Below, one piece after another: positions 47,666 through 57,997 of a DNA stretch of 64,000 bases. A model generated the notes under the pieces. It worked only from the letters and a program-made list of their open reading frames with translations. It was not told the origin of the DNA and did no database searches. A program made the position numbers and the translations under genes. The stretch comes from Rhodospirillaceae bacterium (lineage in GTDB: Bacteria; Pseudomonadota; Gammaproteobacteria; Steroidobacterales; Rariloculaceae): the NCBI GenBank assembly GCA_002718345.1, contig PBDA01000016.1, positions 4,072 to 68,071 on the forward strand. The letters run 5' to 3'. Each line of letters opens with the position of its first letter. Within the stretch, counting starts at the first letter, position 1.

Positions 47666-49122
47666 TAGAATTCCGCAATATCACGAGCTGAACCTGTTAA
47701 CTCAACAATATGAAGCCCCGTATTAGCTCTGTCTACTGCATAAACATAGCCTCTATCATCGACCTCTAGATTGTTTGTTTGAATAGCTCTTTTACAACGT
47801 TCAGCACCATCTACATTAATACAGCGCTGAGTGGTTCGTTCGTTGATTGCAGGAATGTAGTACCCAATTTCTTGTGGTGACCATGGATCCCTTATATCTA
47901 CTGCACGTATACCGCCATTGAAATAGGCAAGAAAGACAATTTTTCCATAATAAATTGGCGTCATATTTTCATTTGATGAATGGGTACCAAATCGACCGCC
48001 ACGCTCACAGAAATTCCCACTTTCTTCTGGAACCTGGAAATTCCCAACTGGCCATGGTTTTGTTTCATCTGTGATATCAACCATGTACATCATTTGCCGA
48101 TTTTCTAGGCATTCATTGCGTAGTGACTCACCAACGACTAAAAGCATGTCTCGAGTTCGACCTTCAGAGTTATCAGCAAATTCAGGAATATCCATACCTA
48201 AAACAGGGAATGCAGTGTGTGCGCCCAGACGAGGACCAGTGAACATAGTAGTAATTACTGGATACTCTAGGTTTTCATCTGTCGGCTCAAAAGGATTATC
48301 GATAGCCGGGTTGCCACGAAGGAGTCTCTCTCTGTCTACTATCTGGATAACCCCATCAAGAAATGTGCCATAACCAAAATAAATTCGATCATCAACCACT
48401 ATTGGACCATGAAGATCATATTTAGCCATTTCATCAAATTCTGGTGCTCCTGGTTGTTGTCCGGGGAGACCAAAATTTCTAATAAACTGTGGCTCAGCTG
48501 GATTTGATAAATCATAAACCTGAGTCATACGGCGTGTGGCCCAGGTTTCCACCCCTGAGACTAGATAGGCAATTCCGGTATTACATTCCCACCAATTTTT
48601 ATGTGTATCTATAAGACCAGTTTCTTCCATTGATGAAACAAGAGTTGGCGCCTCTGGAGCAGTGACATTCCAGACTTGGTGACCATTAGATCCAACAGCA
48701 CGCAATAAGTATGTTTCAGTGTCAATTCCATCAGGAAGATCGCTACCCAAGCATGTCCGTACCATTTGCGCTTCACTTACTTCGCCTTCAATGTTTGTTC
48801 CTGGGATATGAGCAAGATATTCGGGATTACCTGGGTCGGTAACATCAACGATAGATGTGCCATTGCCCTCTTGCCTACCTGTTATTGGGTTTTCATGATT
48901 ACCAACATGATGACCAATATAAGCGATCCAGCGATCACCCTGCTGTTGAATTATCGGTTGATAGGCGCTACGCCCTTGCAGGTCGTTATAACCAATGAGC
49001 TGCATGTTTAGAGCTTCTTCTCCCTCAGTTGGGTCCTGAGCCAGTACATAACTGCCTGTAGATACCAGTATGATTACCAAGCTGCTTAGAAATAAGCGTT
49101 CAAAACATTGTGATTGCAGCAT
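47665..49122 (-). CDS. Exported LVIVD-repeat beta-propeller protein
   Basis: IVDVTDPGNP, YDLSNPAEP, AVDIRDPWSP repeats; paralogous to 13175-14611. Confidence 0.8.
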   Translation of the reverse strand: MLQSQCFERLFLSSLVIILVSTGSYVLAQDPTEGEEALNMQLIGYNDLQGRSAYQPIIQQQGDRWIAYIGHHVGNHENPITGRQEGNGTSIVDVTDPGNPEYLAHIPGTNIEGEVSEAQMVRTCLGSDLPDGIDTETYLLRAVGSNGHQVWNVTAPEAPTLVSSMEETGLIDTHKNWWECNTGIAYLVSGVETWATRRMTQVYDLSNPAEPQFIRNFGLPGQQPGAPEFDEMAKYDLHGPIVVDDRIYFGYGTFLDGVIQIVDRERLLRGNPAIDNPFEPTDENLEYPVITTMFTGPRLGAHTAFPVLGMDIPEFADNSEGRTRDMLLVVGESLRNECLENRQMMYMVDITDETKPWPVGNFQVPEESGNFCERGGRFGTHSSNENMTPIYYGKIVFLAYFNGGIRAVDIRDPWSPQEIGYYIPAINERTTQRCINVDGAERCKRAIQTNNLEVDDRGYVYAVDRANTGLHIVELTGSARDIAEF

Positions 49123-49311
49123 TCCCCACTCCTAAATCATTAGTTTTTATGTGATACGACTTTCGAACAGTGAATCCCACATGTCAAGCCATGATGAGTT
49201 TAAATGTTATGTTTCATTGCAACATTATTTTGTCATAAGGCATAGTTTCTGTCCGGTCTTGATATAATTTAGAGTATCAATAGTCTTCCTAATACCTATA
49301 AGACACATGTT

Positions 49312-49599
49312 ATGAGTAGCGATCTAGTTGCCCGCTTACGCGAGAGTAAGTCTTCTCTATCTAATGATAGCGATTCACTTAATCAAGTTGCTGATGCAAT
49401 CCAACTTTTAGAGGCAAAAGTTGAGCGATATGAAAATGCACTTGAAATGATTCGCGATCAAACTTTCGAGCACTCCAACTCTCCCCGTCTGATTGACCAA
49501 CTTTGGCATTTTGTTCGGTGGACAAAGTCTGTGGCTCGTGATGCTTTGGAAGCGACTAATACTCGTGAGAAAAAAGGTTCAGGTAGCAATAGGAAGTGA
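49312..49599 (+). CDS. Small coiled-coil hypothetical protein
   Basis: 95 aa helical ORF with 4-nt overlap to the next gene. Confidence 0.55.
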   Translation: MSSDLVARLRESKSSLSNDSDSLNQVADAIQLLEAKVERYENALEMIRDQTFEHSNSPRLIDQLWHFVRWTKSVARDALEATNTREKKGSGSNRK

Positions 49600-49949
49600 A
49601 AGAGAGTTTTTTAATAGAAGATCGTTACCTGCGTAGTCCAAATGATGTGCTACGTATTGCACTGGCATGGCACGAGAATGGTAAAGAAATAGCCTTGGCT
49701 ACGGTAATAGGAACTTGGGGTTCCTCACCTCGTCCCATAGGTAGTAATCTTGTTATTGCAAAAAATGGTGAGTTTGAAGGTTCTGTATCTGGTGGTTGTG
49801 TTGAGGGAGCAGTGATAAGTGCTGCTAAAGAAGTTATTGAAACAGGCCAACAACAGTTATTGAAGTTTGGTGTCACTAATGATGAGGCATGGGAGGTCGG
49901 TTTAGCCTGTGGCGGAGAGATAGAGGTGTTGTTGGAAAAAGTCAGGTGA
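49596..49949 (+). CDS. XdhC/CoxI family, N-terminal domain protein
   Basis: TWGSSPRP; GSVSGGCVE; GLACGG. Confidence 0.88.
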   Translation: MKESFLIEDRYLRSPNDVLRIALAWHENGKEIALATVIGTWGSSPRPIGSNLVIAKNGEFEGSVSGGCVEGAVISAAKEVIETGQQQLLKFGVTNDEAWEVGLACGGEIEVLLEKVR

Positions 49950-50668
49950 AGAAAAATATACTTTCTGCCTTGGTTGAAGCTGGGTCTTGCTCTCGTAGTA
50001 TTGTGCTTTTGCGTGAGCTTGGAGGAGAACAGTTTTTATTTGACCATGAAGGTGCCTATACATTCGAAGATGATCACCGGATCAATCTTCATGAAACACT
50101 TCCTGAGAGCGTATCAAGTCTATGTAAAGAAGCGTTGATGCATGATGGCGCCCAGACTGCTGAAATAGAAGGCAGACGTTATTTAGTGCAAACACTTTGC
50201 CCGAAACCCAGACTTTTTATTGTGGGGGCTGTGCATATTGCTCAGACATTAGCTCCTATGGCTCATCTTGCTGGCTATGAAGTGCTTCTATTTGATCCGC
50301 GGTCAGCATTTGCTTCTGAGAGGCGATTCCCAGATGTAAAGATAATTAATGATTGGCCTCATGAGGTGATAAAAAAATTTTCTCTTGACTCTCGTAGTGC
50401 TTTAGTAACGCTTAGCCACGATGCGAAAATTGATGAGCCAGCAATTATAGAAGCCCTTAATTCTGATGCGTTTTATATTGGGGCTTTGGGTAGTAAAAAG
50501 AATCATAAGAAACGCTTAGAGCGTCTTGCCAGCGAAGGTTTTGGTGAAACTCAATTATCTAGGGTTCATGGCCCAGTCGGGCTATTTTTGGGAGGTAGAT
50601 CACCAGCGGAAATTGCAATTGCAATAATTGCACAGATAACCCAGGCTCGTTATAAAACAGATAAGTAA
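49946..50668 (+). CDS. XdhC/CoxF family, Rossmann-domain protein (GTG start inferred)
   Basis: GAVHIAQ; DPR.AFA; YIGALGS; GPVGL..SPAEIA. Confidence 0.85.
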   Translation: MKKNILSALVEAGSCSRSIVLLRELGGEQFLFDHEGAYTFEDDHRINLHETLPESVSSLCKEALMHDGAQTAEIEGRRYLVQTLCPKPRLFIVGAVHIAQTLAPMAHLAGYEVLLFDPRSAFASERRFPDVKIINDWPHEVIKKFSLDSRSALVTLSHDAKIDEPAIIEALNSDAFYIGALGSKKNHKKRLERLASEGFGETQLSRVHGPVGLFLGGRSPAEIAIAIIAQITQARYKTDK

Positions 50669-50704
50669 GCTAATAAAGCCCTTAAGAAGAGTAGATATAA
50701 ATAG

Positions 50705-50908
50705 ATGTATGGTTCAGGATTAGTACTTGTTCTAATGGTATTCAGTTTGGCGCTACCAGATATCGGTGGCTTTAGCCCTCAGATATTGATGTCCCGTTTT
50801 GACTTTCTATCAGATCAAGAGATGTCAGTCCTTTTACATACGTACGACAAACGTTTGGCGAAGATGGACCAACCATTTCAACAGATCAAGTGGCTCGTAT
50901 ACGCTTAG
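50705..50908 (+). CDS. Hypothetical small protein
   Basis: 67 aa ORF with hydrophobic N-terminus only. Confidence 0.25.
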   Translation: MYGSGLVLVLMVFSLALPDIGGFSPQILMSRFDFLSDQEMSVLLHTYDKRLAKMDQPFQQIKWLVYA

Positions 50909-50967
50909 AAATTAATGTTTTGAGTTAATTTCTAACTCAACAAAAATCGATGAAGAATGCATTGATT

Positions 50968-51933
50968 TTATGGGTCCAGCGAACCCAAATAGGCTGCAAG
51001 GGCAACTATATCTTCATCAGTTAAGTTTGCTACAGCTAAGGTCATTAATGAGGCTAGAGTTCCGGCACGTTCGCCACTTCTAAAATCATTTAATTGTCTT
51101 ACTGTATACAATGGTGAGATGCCAGCAAGTCTTGGTACATCACCAAGTCCATTTAAATCCTGACCATGACAGGTAGAACAAGCAAAAGTTGTTCCATTTG
51201 CGCCAGTGGTAGCAAGGTCTTCACCACGAGCTAGGCTGCCAGCGGGAGCGTAGACTGTAAAACCAGAGTAGGGATGTCGGGCTGTTGCAAGTTCACGGTC
51301 TTGGGGTACCTCAATAATACGTCCATTAATTGGTTCCGTCCCACCATCAGGATGTATATGACGCATCCTTCCATCACCAATATAGGTTTTAGGTACTATA
51401 TCTCCTTCAATAACTTCATCAATCCAGTCGATAACTTCTACACCCGCATACCATTCTGCGGCTTCTTGAATCTGCTCATCGGTAGGATCAAATCGGTTCA
51501 TCCAGCTACGATCTCGACGCATAGCATTTGAACCTGATGGAGACCGAGTTGCACCGCTTCTAAAATCAGCCATCTGCCTAGTGATATATCCAACCGTTAA
51601 TCCCGCTAGGTGAGCTGATTCTGGGTGACCGGCGCCCGTAAAGCCGTGGCATGCTGCACATGCTCTGACATTCTCTCCCGCGCCTCGTGCCACTACTTCG
51701 GGTACTGGGGCATGATGACTATTAGGAAACCAATCAGGTGGGTTCCAGTGATCATCAATTTCATCCTGAGAGCGTTGTAAGCTGCTGCCGGGTACCATTC
51801 TTGGTGCGTGCAAGTCGATATCAAGATCACGCTGAGGTAGCAAAGATTCGTCCATAACCTGATAGGCCCACTCTAAATCCGCTCGAGCGGCAAACGTGGT
51901 TACAAGCGTTAGCAGTACTATCAACAATCTCAC
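50968..51933 (-). CDS. Diheme cytochrome c (c4-like)
   Basis: CAACH and CSTCH; repeated LAG...Y..RQ..DFRSG. Confidence 0.88.
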   Translation of the reverse strand: MRLLIVLLTLVTTFAARADLEWAYQVMDESLLPQRDLDIDLHAPRMVPGSSLQRSQDEIDDHWNPPDWFPNSHHAPVPEVVARGAGENVRACAACHGFTGAGHPESAHLAGLTVGYITRQMADFRSGATRSPSGSNAMRRDRSWMNRFDPTDEQIQEAAEWYAGVEVIDWIDEVIEGDIVPKTYIGDGRMRHIHPDGGTEPINGRIIEVPQDRELATARHPYSGFTVYAPAGSLARGEDLATTGANGTTFACSTCHGQDLNGLGDVPRLAGISPLYTVRQLNDFRSGERAGTLASLMTLAVANLTDEDIVALAAYLGSLDP

Positions 51934-52129
51934 GATTATGTCTCCTAGGCGTTTAAAAGAACGCTATTAGTCAAGTTTTGTATAAGATACCGTATTCTAC
52001 ACATCAGTCTACTGCCAATATGTCAAAGTCCGCTATAACTTAAATAATATTTAAAGTATGTGGTTAGGCAAATCACCTTAATCACAACGTATTATGTTGT
52101 TCTCAGTCTGTAAATCACCATAAATTTAT

Positions 52130-54625
52130 ATGAAACATCGAACTCAATGGGGTCTAGCAATTCGTCTTTTTCTGCGCGATTGGAAAGGTGGGGAGACTGG
52201 CGTTCTTTTAGGTGCATTAATTGTTTCGGTGGCAGCAATGAGTGCCGTTGGGTTATTTACTGATCGCGTGATGCAGGCTGTGACACAGCAAGCAGGAGAG
52301 ATGCTAGCTGCTGACTTAAGGCTTGAGTCAAGCTACCCATTGCCTGAGCAATATGAAGATCAAGCTAATGAACTCAGCTTAAGTACTGCTGAAGTCATTC
52401 AATTTAGAAGTGTTGTATTAGCTGGAGATTTAAGTTCTCTTTCCGATATTCGTGGTGTTTCAGCTGGTTATCCATTAAGAGGGGAGGTTCGTATTGCGGA
52501 TCAATTAGCTGATGTTCCTTATGTTGCATCAGGTATTCCTCTTCCCGGTGAAGTATGGGCTGAACCGTCACTTTTAGTACGTCTCAATCTTATGGTTGGC
52601 GATACAGTGCAAGTTGGAGATCTGGCTTTGCGCGTGAGTAAAACATTAGAGTTTCGTCCAGATGAGGGCTGGAGGTTAATGGAGCTTGCGCCAACCCTTT
52701 TATTAAATATTAGTGACATTGAAAAAACCGGGCTTATTCAGCCCGGTAGTAGAGTGGAATATGAATTGCTTTTCGCTGGGAACCAAAGGGAAGTAAATTC
52801 TTTTCGTGGGGTTCTTGAAGAGTTAATGGGACCAGATGAGTCACTTGATGACATAAGTGATGGTCGACCAGAGGTTCGATCATCAATTACTCAAGCGGAA
52901 CGTTTTTTGACATTATCTGCTTTGGTCAGCGTGCTTCTTGGTGGAGTTGCGGTGGCTATGTCTGCAAGGAGATATCTGGTTCGGCATTTGGATGATGTGG
53001 CCTTGATGAAATGCTTAGGTGCTCAGCACTCAGATGTTCTCAATCTTATTCTTGCTCAATTTATGATTCTAACTATTATTGCTGCCATTCTAGGGAGCCT
53101 AGTAGGGTTCCTAGCTCAGCATGGATTAACATTTTTGCTTGATGGTTTAGTTGAAGCAGAACTTCCTAATCCTGTAATTAGTAGTTTTTTTATGGGACCA
53201 ATTACAGCATTGACTGTGGCTTTTGGGTTCGCATTACCTCCTTTACTACAACTCAAAAATGTTCCTCCAGTGCGTGTCTTACGTAATGATTTAGAAATAT
53301 CTCCAATGAGTTATATGCTGGTTTATGGAACTGCAATTGCAACCGTGGTGGTTATGCTTTGCTGGCTTTTCCGTGATATCCGGTTGATTGGTTATCTATT
53401 TCTAGGAACTCTTGGGACATTAGCTGCATTATATTTTTCTGGGTACTTGTTGGTTTCTGGAGCTCAACGTTTTCGTGGCAGTGTAGGTATTGCATGGCGT
53501 TATGGTATTGCAAATGTTGCGCGTAGAGGAAAAGAGAGCAGCATTCAAATTGTTGCTTTTGGCGTTGGCTTAACGGTATTGCTTCTTCTTACTATTGTTC
53601 GTACTGAGTTAATGACGGAATGGCAATCAACTCTTCCCGAAGCCGCTCCAAACCATTTTGCAATAAATATTCAACCGAACGAACGTGAGACCTTTGAGCG
53701 TGTGCTAATGGAGAATGGGATTGAAAGCCCTGTATTTGCTCCTTTAGTCCGGGCACGTATTAGTCATGTAAATGGAGTGCCGCTATCTCAATATGAAGCT
53801 AAAGATGAGGCAGCTGAAGAAGAGTTAAACGATGATCTCAACGTTTCTTGGTCAGCTACATTAAATCCAGATAATGAGCTTGTAGACGGAGAGTGGTGGG
53901 ATGAATCAACTAGCGAGCCACAGCTATCACTTGAATGGGAAGAGCTAGAAGACATGGGATTGTTGCTTGGTGATCGGCTTACCTTTTCAGTTGCTGGTGA
54001 AAGCGTAACGGCTCGTATTACTAGTACAAGACGTATTAATTGGGACTCCTTTAGCCCAAATTTCTTTATGGTAGTTAATCCTGGGTTGATGGAAGGATTT
54101 GCACATACATATATAACAAGCTTTTATCTCGAACCAGAAAAAAGAGCTACAGCTCTTAGCTTAGCATCGGCAATGCCTGGGGTTTCCGTAATTGATATTG
54201 ATGCTGTTCTAGATCAGGTAAAAAGAGCAATGGGTAGTGCAGCACTAGCTGTTCAGTATGTGTTTCTTTTTACACTTGCAGCTGGTGTGATGGTCTTGTT
54301 AGCAGCTATTCAGTCAACTCGTGATGAGCGAATGTATGAAAGTGCTGTGTTAAGAACATTAGGTGCTGGTAGAAAGGTAATTCTTCAGGGGGTAGCAGCT
54401 GAATTCGTTGCTCTTGGGGTAATTGCTGGAATTTTAGCCGCAACTAGTGCTGGCGCCTTGGGTATATTTCTCTCCCGAGAGTTTTTCGATCTTGTATACC
54501 TGCCAGGACCATTGCTTGGTCTGTATGGCCTTCTAATTGGAGCGGTAGTTGTAGGTGTAAGCGGCACACTAGCCACACGTTCAGTTGTTAGTGAACCGCC
54601 TGTTTCAACTCTTAGAAGTATTTGA
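52130..54625 (+). CDS. YbbP-like ABC/FtsX-type permease
   Basis: Duplicated FtsX architecture; MKCLGA; NHFAINIQP; WDSFSPNFF; LRTLGA. Confidence 0.88.
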   Translation: MKHRTQWGLAIRLFLRDWKGGETGVLLGALIVSVAAMSAVGLFTDRVMQAVTQQAGEMLAADLRLESSYPLPEQYEDQANELSLSTAEVIQFRSVVLAGDLSSLSDIRGVSAGYPLRGEVRIADQLADVPYVASGIPLPGEVWAEPSLLVRLNLMVGDTVQVGDLALRVSKTLEFRPDEGWRLMELAPTLLLNISDIEKTGLIQPGSRVEYELLFAGNQREVNSFRGVLEELMGPDESLDDISDGRPEVRSSITQAERFLTLSALVSVLLGGVAVAMSARRYLVRHLDDVALMKCLGAQHSDVLNLILAQFMILTIIAAILGSLVGFLAQHGLTFLLDGLVEAELPNPVISSFFMGPITALTVAFGFALPPLLQLKNVPPVRVLRNDLEISPMSYMLVYGTAIATVVVMLCWLFRDIRLIGYLFLGTLGTLAALYFSGYLLVSGAQRFRGSVGIAWRYGIANVARRGKESSIQIVAFGVGLTVLLLLTIVRTELMTEWQSTLPEAAPNHFAINIQPNERETFERVLMENGIESPVFAPLVRARISHVNGVPLSQYEAKDEAAEEELNDDLNVSWSATLNPDNELVDGEWWDESTSEPQLSLEWEELEDMGLLLGDRLTFSVAGESVTARITSTRRINWDSFSPNFFMVVNPGLMEGFAHTYITSFYLEPEKRATALSLASAMPGVSVIDIDAVLDQVKRAMGSAALAVQYVFLFTLAAGVMVLLAAIQSTRDERMYESAVLRTLGAGRKVILQGVAAEFVALGVIAGILAATSAGALGIFLSREFFDLVYLPGPLLGLYGLLIGAVVVGVSGTLATRSVVSEPPVSTLRSI

Positions 54626-54633
54626 TCCTAGCT

Positions 54634-54876
54634 CTAATGCCAGTGTTGATGTTCCTCTGACCATACACGACCAGCAGTAGCGGATGATGATGCGCCGGGG
54701 TCGTATTCATCAACAGAAGTAAGAAAAACGATTAGTCCGCCTGTTAGTATTGTTGCTACTACACCAACAACAATACGCATGCCAATAGACATATTGTCTC
54801 GCTTTAAAAAACAACACTTTTTATATTTTTTTTTGCTGCCGCATGGACAAGACTGATTACGTCCTATAGTCGCCAT
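54634..54876 (-). CDS. SEC-C motif single-TM protein with His-rich tail
   Basis: GRNQSCPCGSKKKYKKCC; TM; VWSEEHQHWH. Confidence 0.8.
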   Translation of the reverse strand: MATIGRNQSCPCGSKKKYKKCCFLKRDNMSIGMRIVVGVVATILTGGLIVFLTSVDEYDPGASSSATAGRVWSEEHQHWH

Positions 54877-54943
54877 AACTAGTTGCTTCCTAAACTATGA
54901 TATTTGATAGTAAACCAGTTTCTATCAGCATATGCCAGTCATA

Positions 54944-57199
54944 TCAGAATCGAAACGTATAGTTTAATTTTAAGGCTAAGTCAGCCGAAACGGAGCTATA
55001 TCTATTATCTCTGTCAAAATCTTGTAAGTTATGATTTAGCACTATGTATGCTTCTCTGCCTGCTTCAGGTATCCAGTGTAATCTTGCATTGATACCCATG
55101 GTTTCACTTATATCATCGTACTGAAGGAGGGTTACCCAAGAAAGTGTTGAGGAGAAAATTACATCGCTTCTTAGTTGTACGAGCCGAGTAGTAAAATCAC
55201 CATGAGGTAGTTTGACATCATTCAGTGTGTAATTAAGAGTTGTTCGGAATCGTATTGATGGCCGCCATCCCAAACCAATGCTGCTACGTTCGCGTTCACC
55301 ATCATAAAAATCTCCCGATTGGTAGTTGATGCTGCCCCAAAATGTTTTAGTGTGATCGCTTTGAAGTTGGAGCTCAGTTTCATTAAAAGAGTAATTGCCT
55401 GTAGGGATTACGACTGATTCAAGCCCTCTTTCCCAAATTTTATATGTCTCTGTAAGCGCTTCTTGAGTTGCATGAAAATAAAGGTACCCTCGGGTTCGGG
55501 CTGAGCTATCTATCTCAAGCGCCCTAAGAGTGACTACTTGTGTCTGTAATCCTCCAGTGATTAGCTCGATTCGCTGAGCATCTATGCCAGAGTATATTGC
55601 CGTATATCGACCTCCAGGTGGTCGTTTCGTATAGCCTAGTTTAAAAGTTTGATCTCTGACGCCTGATCGATTGACATAGCCTAATGCAGGAAAAAAATTT
55701 TCTTCAATTTCCTTGAAGCCTATTTGTCCACGAAAACCTGTTGAGTTTGGGGCTCGAAGCCGAAAACCGTACGCTCTATCCTTTTCATCAATTCCATCTG
55801 TATTTGACTGTTGATACCAAAGGTCTGCTTCTAGTGCACGTCCTCCTGCTAAGCGTGTATTGGCATAGCGAAAATCGGCGCCAATAAGGGAGTTATCTTT
55901 ATTTGAACGTGGGTCACCATCAGTGACTATCATGCCAATGGTAGATTCTTCTAGTATGTTCATAGCGGCACGGCCAACAAAAATATCTGTGGCTGTTACA
56001 TCTCCATGCTCGGCTTGCTGGATAGCTAAGGCTCCCAGGTTCCAGCCTCCGACACGTCCAGCCAGTTTTCCCCCTATGTCGAGATCAACAGGTTGACCAT
56101 TTGCACTAAGTCCAATACGTCGCGAGAAGAAGGGTTGGGCGCTCTGAAGGTCTGGGCGTGAAAAAGTGTCATTTTGCCCAGCACTATAACCATCTAGACT
56201 ACCGATTCGGCCAAATTGAAAAATATCTGAATCTCGAAGAAAAAAATCTCGTTTTTCAGGAAAGAAAAGATTGAAGCGAGTGAGCTCAACCTGTCGATCA
56301 TCTACTTCTGTCGCCGAAAAATCGGTATTAAAGGTAAGCGCTGAATTTAACGATGGCGTTATTTTGTAATAGATGTCGAGTGAGGGGGCAGTATCGTCGT
56401 TATTTGCTCCGGGGCTAGCGTGGGTTTTTTGGGTATTTAGCACCACCGACGGCACGACATCTAAACCACGCCCAAGTTGAAGATCTTCAAAACCTACGGC
56501 AATCCCTGCAATACTTGGATTGGTTGTTTGGTTTCGAGATACCCATGCAATTCCTTCTTCACCCCGACTAATATCTCGTTCAAAATTAATGCCCCAGGTA
56601 TCATTGTTAGGATCAAAGGAAAGGGTTTTGAATGGAATTAGCATTTCTGCACTCCAACCATCGTTGTTAGTAGTAGCTGCTGCTTGCCAAATCCCATTCC
56701 AATTCATGTCTGTATTAGTGGTGTTGACAAAAATTCCCTCCATTCTGAGTCCGTTAGGATTTACCTGAAATCTATACCCATTTCTTTTGTCATTGAATGT
56801 ATCAATAATCACGGCAAACAACTCATCACTCCAGAATGCTTCTCCTTGTCTTAGTACATTCGCAACCATTGCATCTGGATTAGAATCAAAAAGACGTGCG
56901 CCTATATATAAAGATTCATCATCGTAATAGACTTAAACCAAGGTTTCTTGAGTTGGTTGAATATATTCTGTTGGTTCCACTTGATGCATGTCATTTATTT
57001 GAGTGGCTTCATACCAAATAGGTTCATCTAGAATGCCATCGAGAGTCGGTGGTGTATTAAGTTTATTTATATTTAGAGATTTCATCTGTGCGCCATTGGG
57101 CACAATGTCTTGTGTATTCCCCACGTTCAATGCAAGGGTTATAAGTACACAAAAACTGGTGCGCAGTAGAGTACAGAGATTGTTAAATGTGTTTATCAA
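54944..57199 (-). pseudogene. CBM9-like/DUF5916 outer-membrane protein interrupted by in-frame TAA
   Basis: PTLDG.LDE..W...TLV*VYYDDESLYIG reads in frame into the 641-aa ORF; NTDFSATEVD, LFFPEKRDFF; ends YTFRF. Confidence 0.8.
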
Positions 57200-57394
57200 A
57201 ATGACTGCTAAATTTTCTCTTAGTTTCTATTTAATAAAAGGTACAAACGCTCACATTGTGCAACAAAGAAAAATATTTACTAATTACATTTTTGATAGTT
57301 ACTCAAATTGAAAGGGTTTGAAAAAATTTATAGTTTTTTGCTTTATTAAAAAATACAATAATGTATAAAAACATATATTGTTATATTATTCGTT

Positions 57395-57997
57395 ATGAGC
57401 TTCGAAAATCCAATAAATTACGTAGCTAAGGAACCTACAAGTAGAGTGGCTAGACGTAGGTTGAGAATGCGAGAGACATTATTAGAAGTTGGAGCAAGAC
57501 AATTCTGCGCCAGGGGTATTTCATCTGTTAGCGTGGAAGATTTGCTTATAGAAGCTGATATATCACGAGCGACATTTTATAGTATTTTCTCTAGTAAAAA
57601 CAATTTATTAGAATTTATACTTAATCCTTTGTTTGATATATTAGTGCGGAAAATTACTCCACTGGTTAATCTTCCGGCGAAAAAAGCCTTTGATTCAATT
57701 ACTGAGATTTATATTGATGTATGGCTAACCAATCGCGATGGATTGTTATTGATTTCATTAGAAGATATAGAAGCTTGTGAGCAATTCAGTAGTAAATATA
57801 CCGGTTTATATGAGGGACTATTATCAGTTCTAGTAAACGCGGAAAAAGAGAATTTGCTGCTGAATGGTAGTGCACATTACTCTATGCGGATCTTGGTGAC
57901 TACAGCAATTCAACTTTTGAAGATTTATGAGGATCATCCTGATGGTGAGACGTTGTTTCGAAATACGATGAGAAAACTAATTTTTGGTAGAGACTAG
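57395..57997 (+). CDS. TetR/AcrR family regulator
   Basis: SVEDL...ADISRATFYSIFSSK HTH. Confidence 0.88.
   Translation: MSFENPINYVAKEPTSRVARRRLRMRETLLEVGARQFCARGISSVSVEDLLIEADISRATFYSIFSSKNNLLEFILNPLFDILVRKITPLVNLPAKKAFDSITEIYIDVWLTNRDGLLLISLEDIEACEQFSSKYTGLYEGLLSVLVNAEKENLLLNGSAHYSMRILVTTAIQLLKIYEDHPDGETLFRNTMRKLIFGRD

Noticed and set aside
57353-57366. ATACA-n4-TGTAT palindrome upstream of tetR
   Set aside because: Plausible operator but too short in very AT-rich DNA to support
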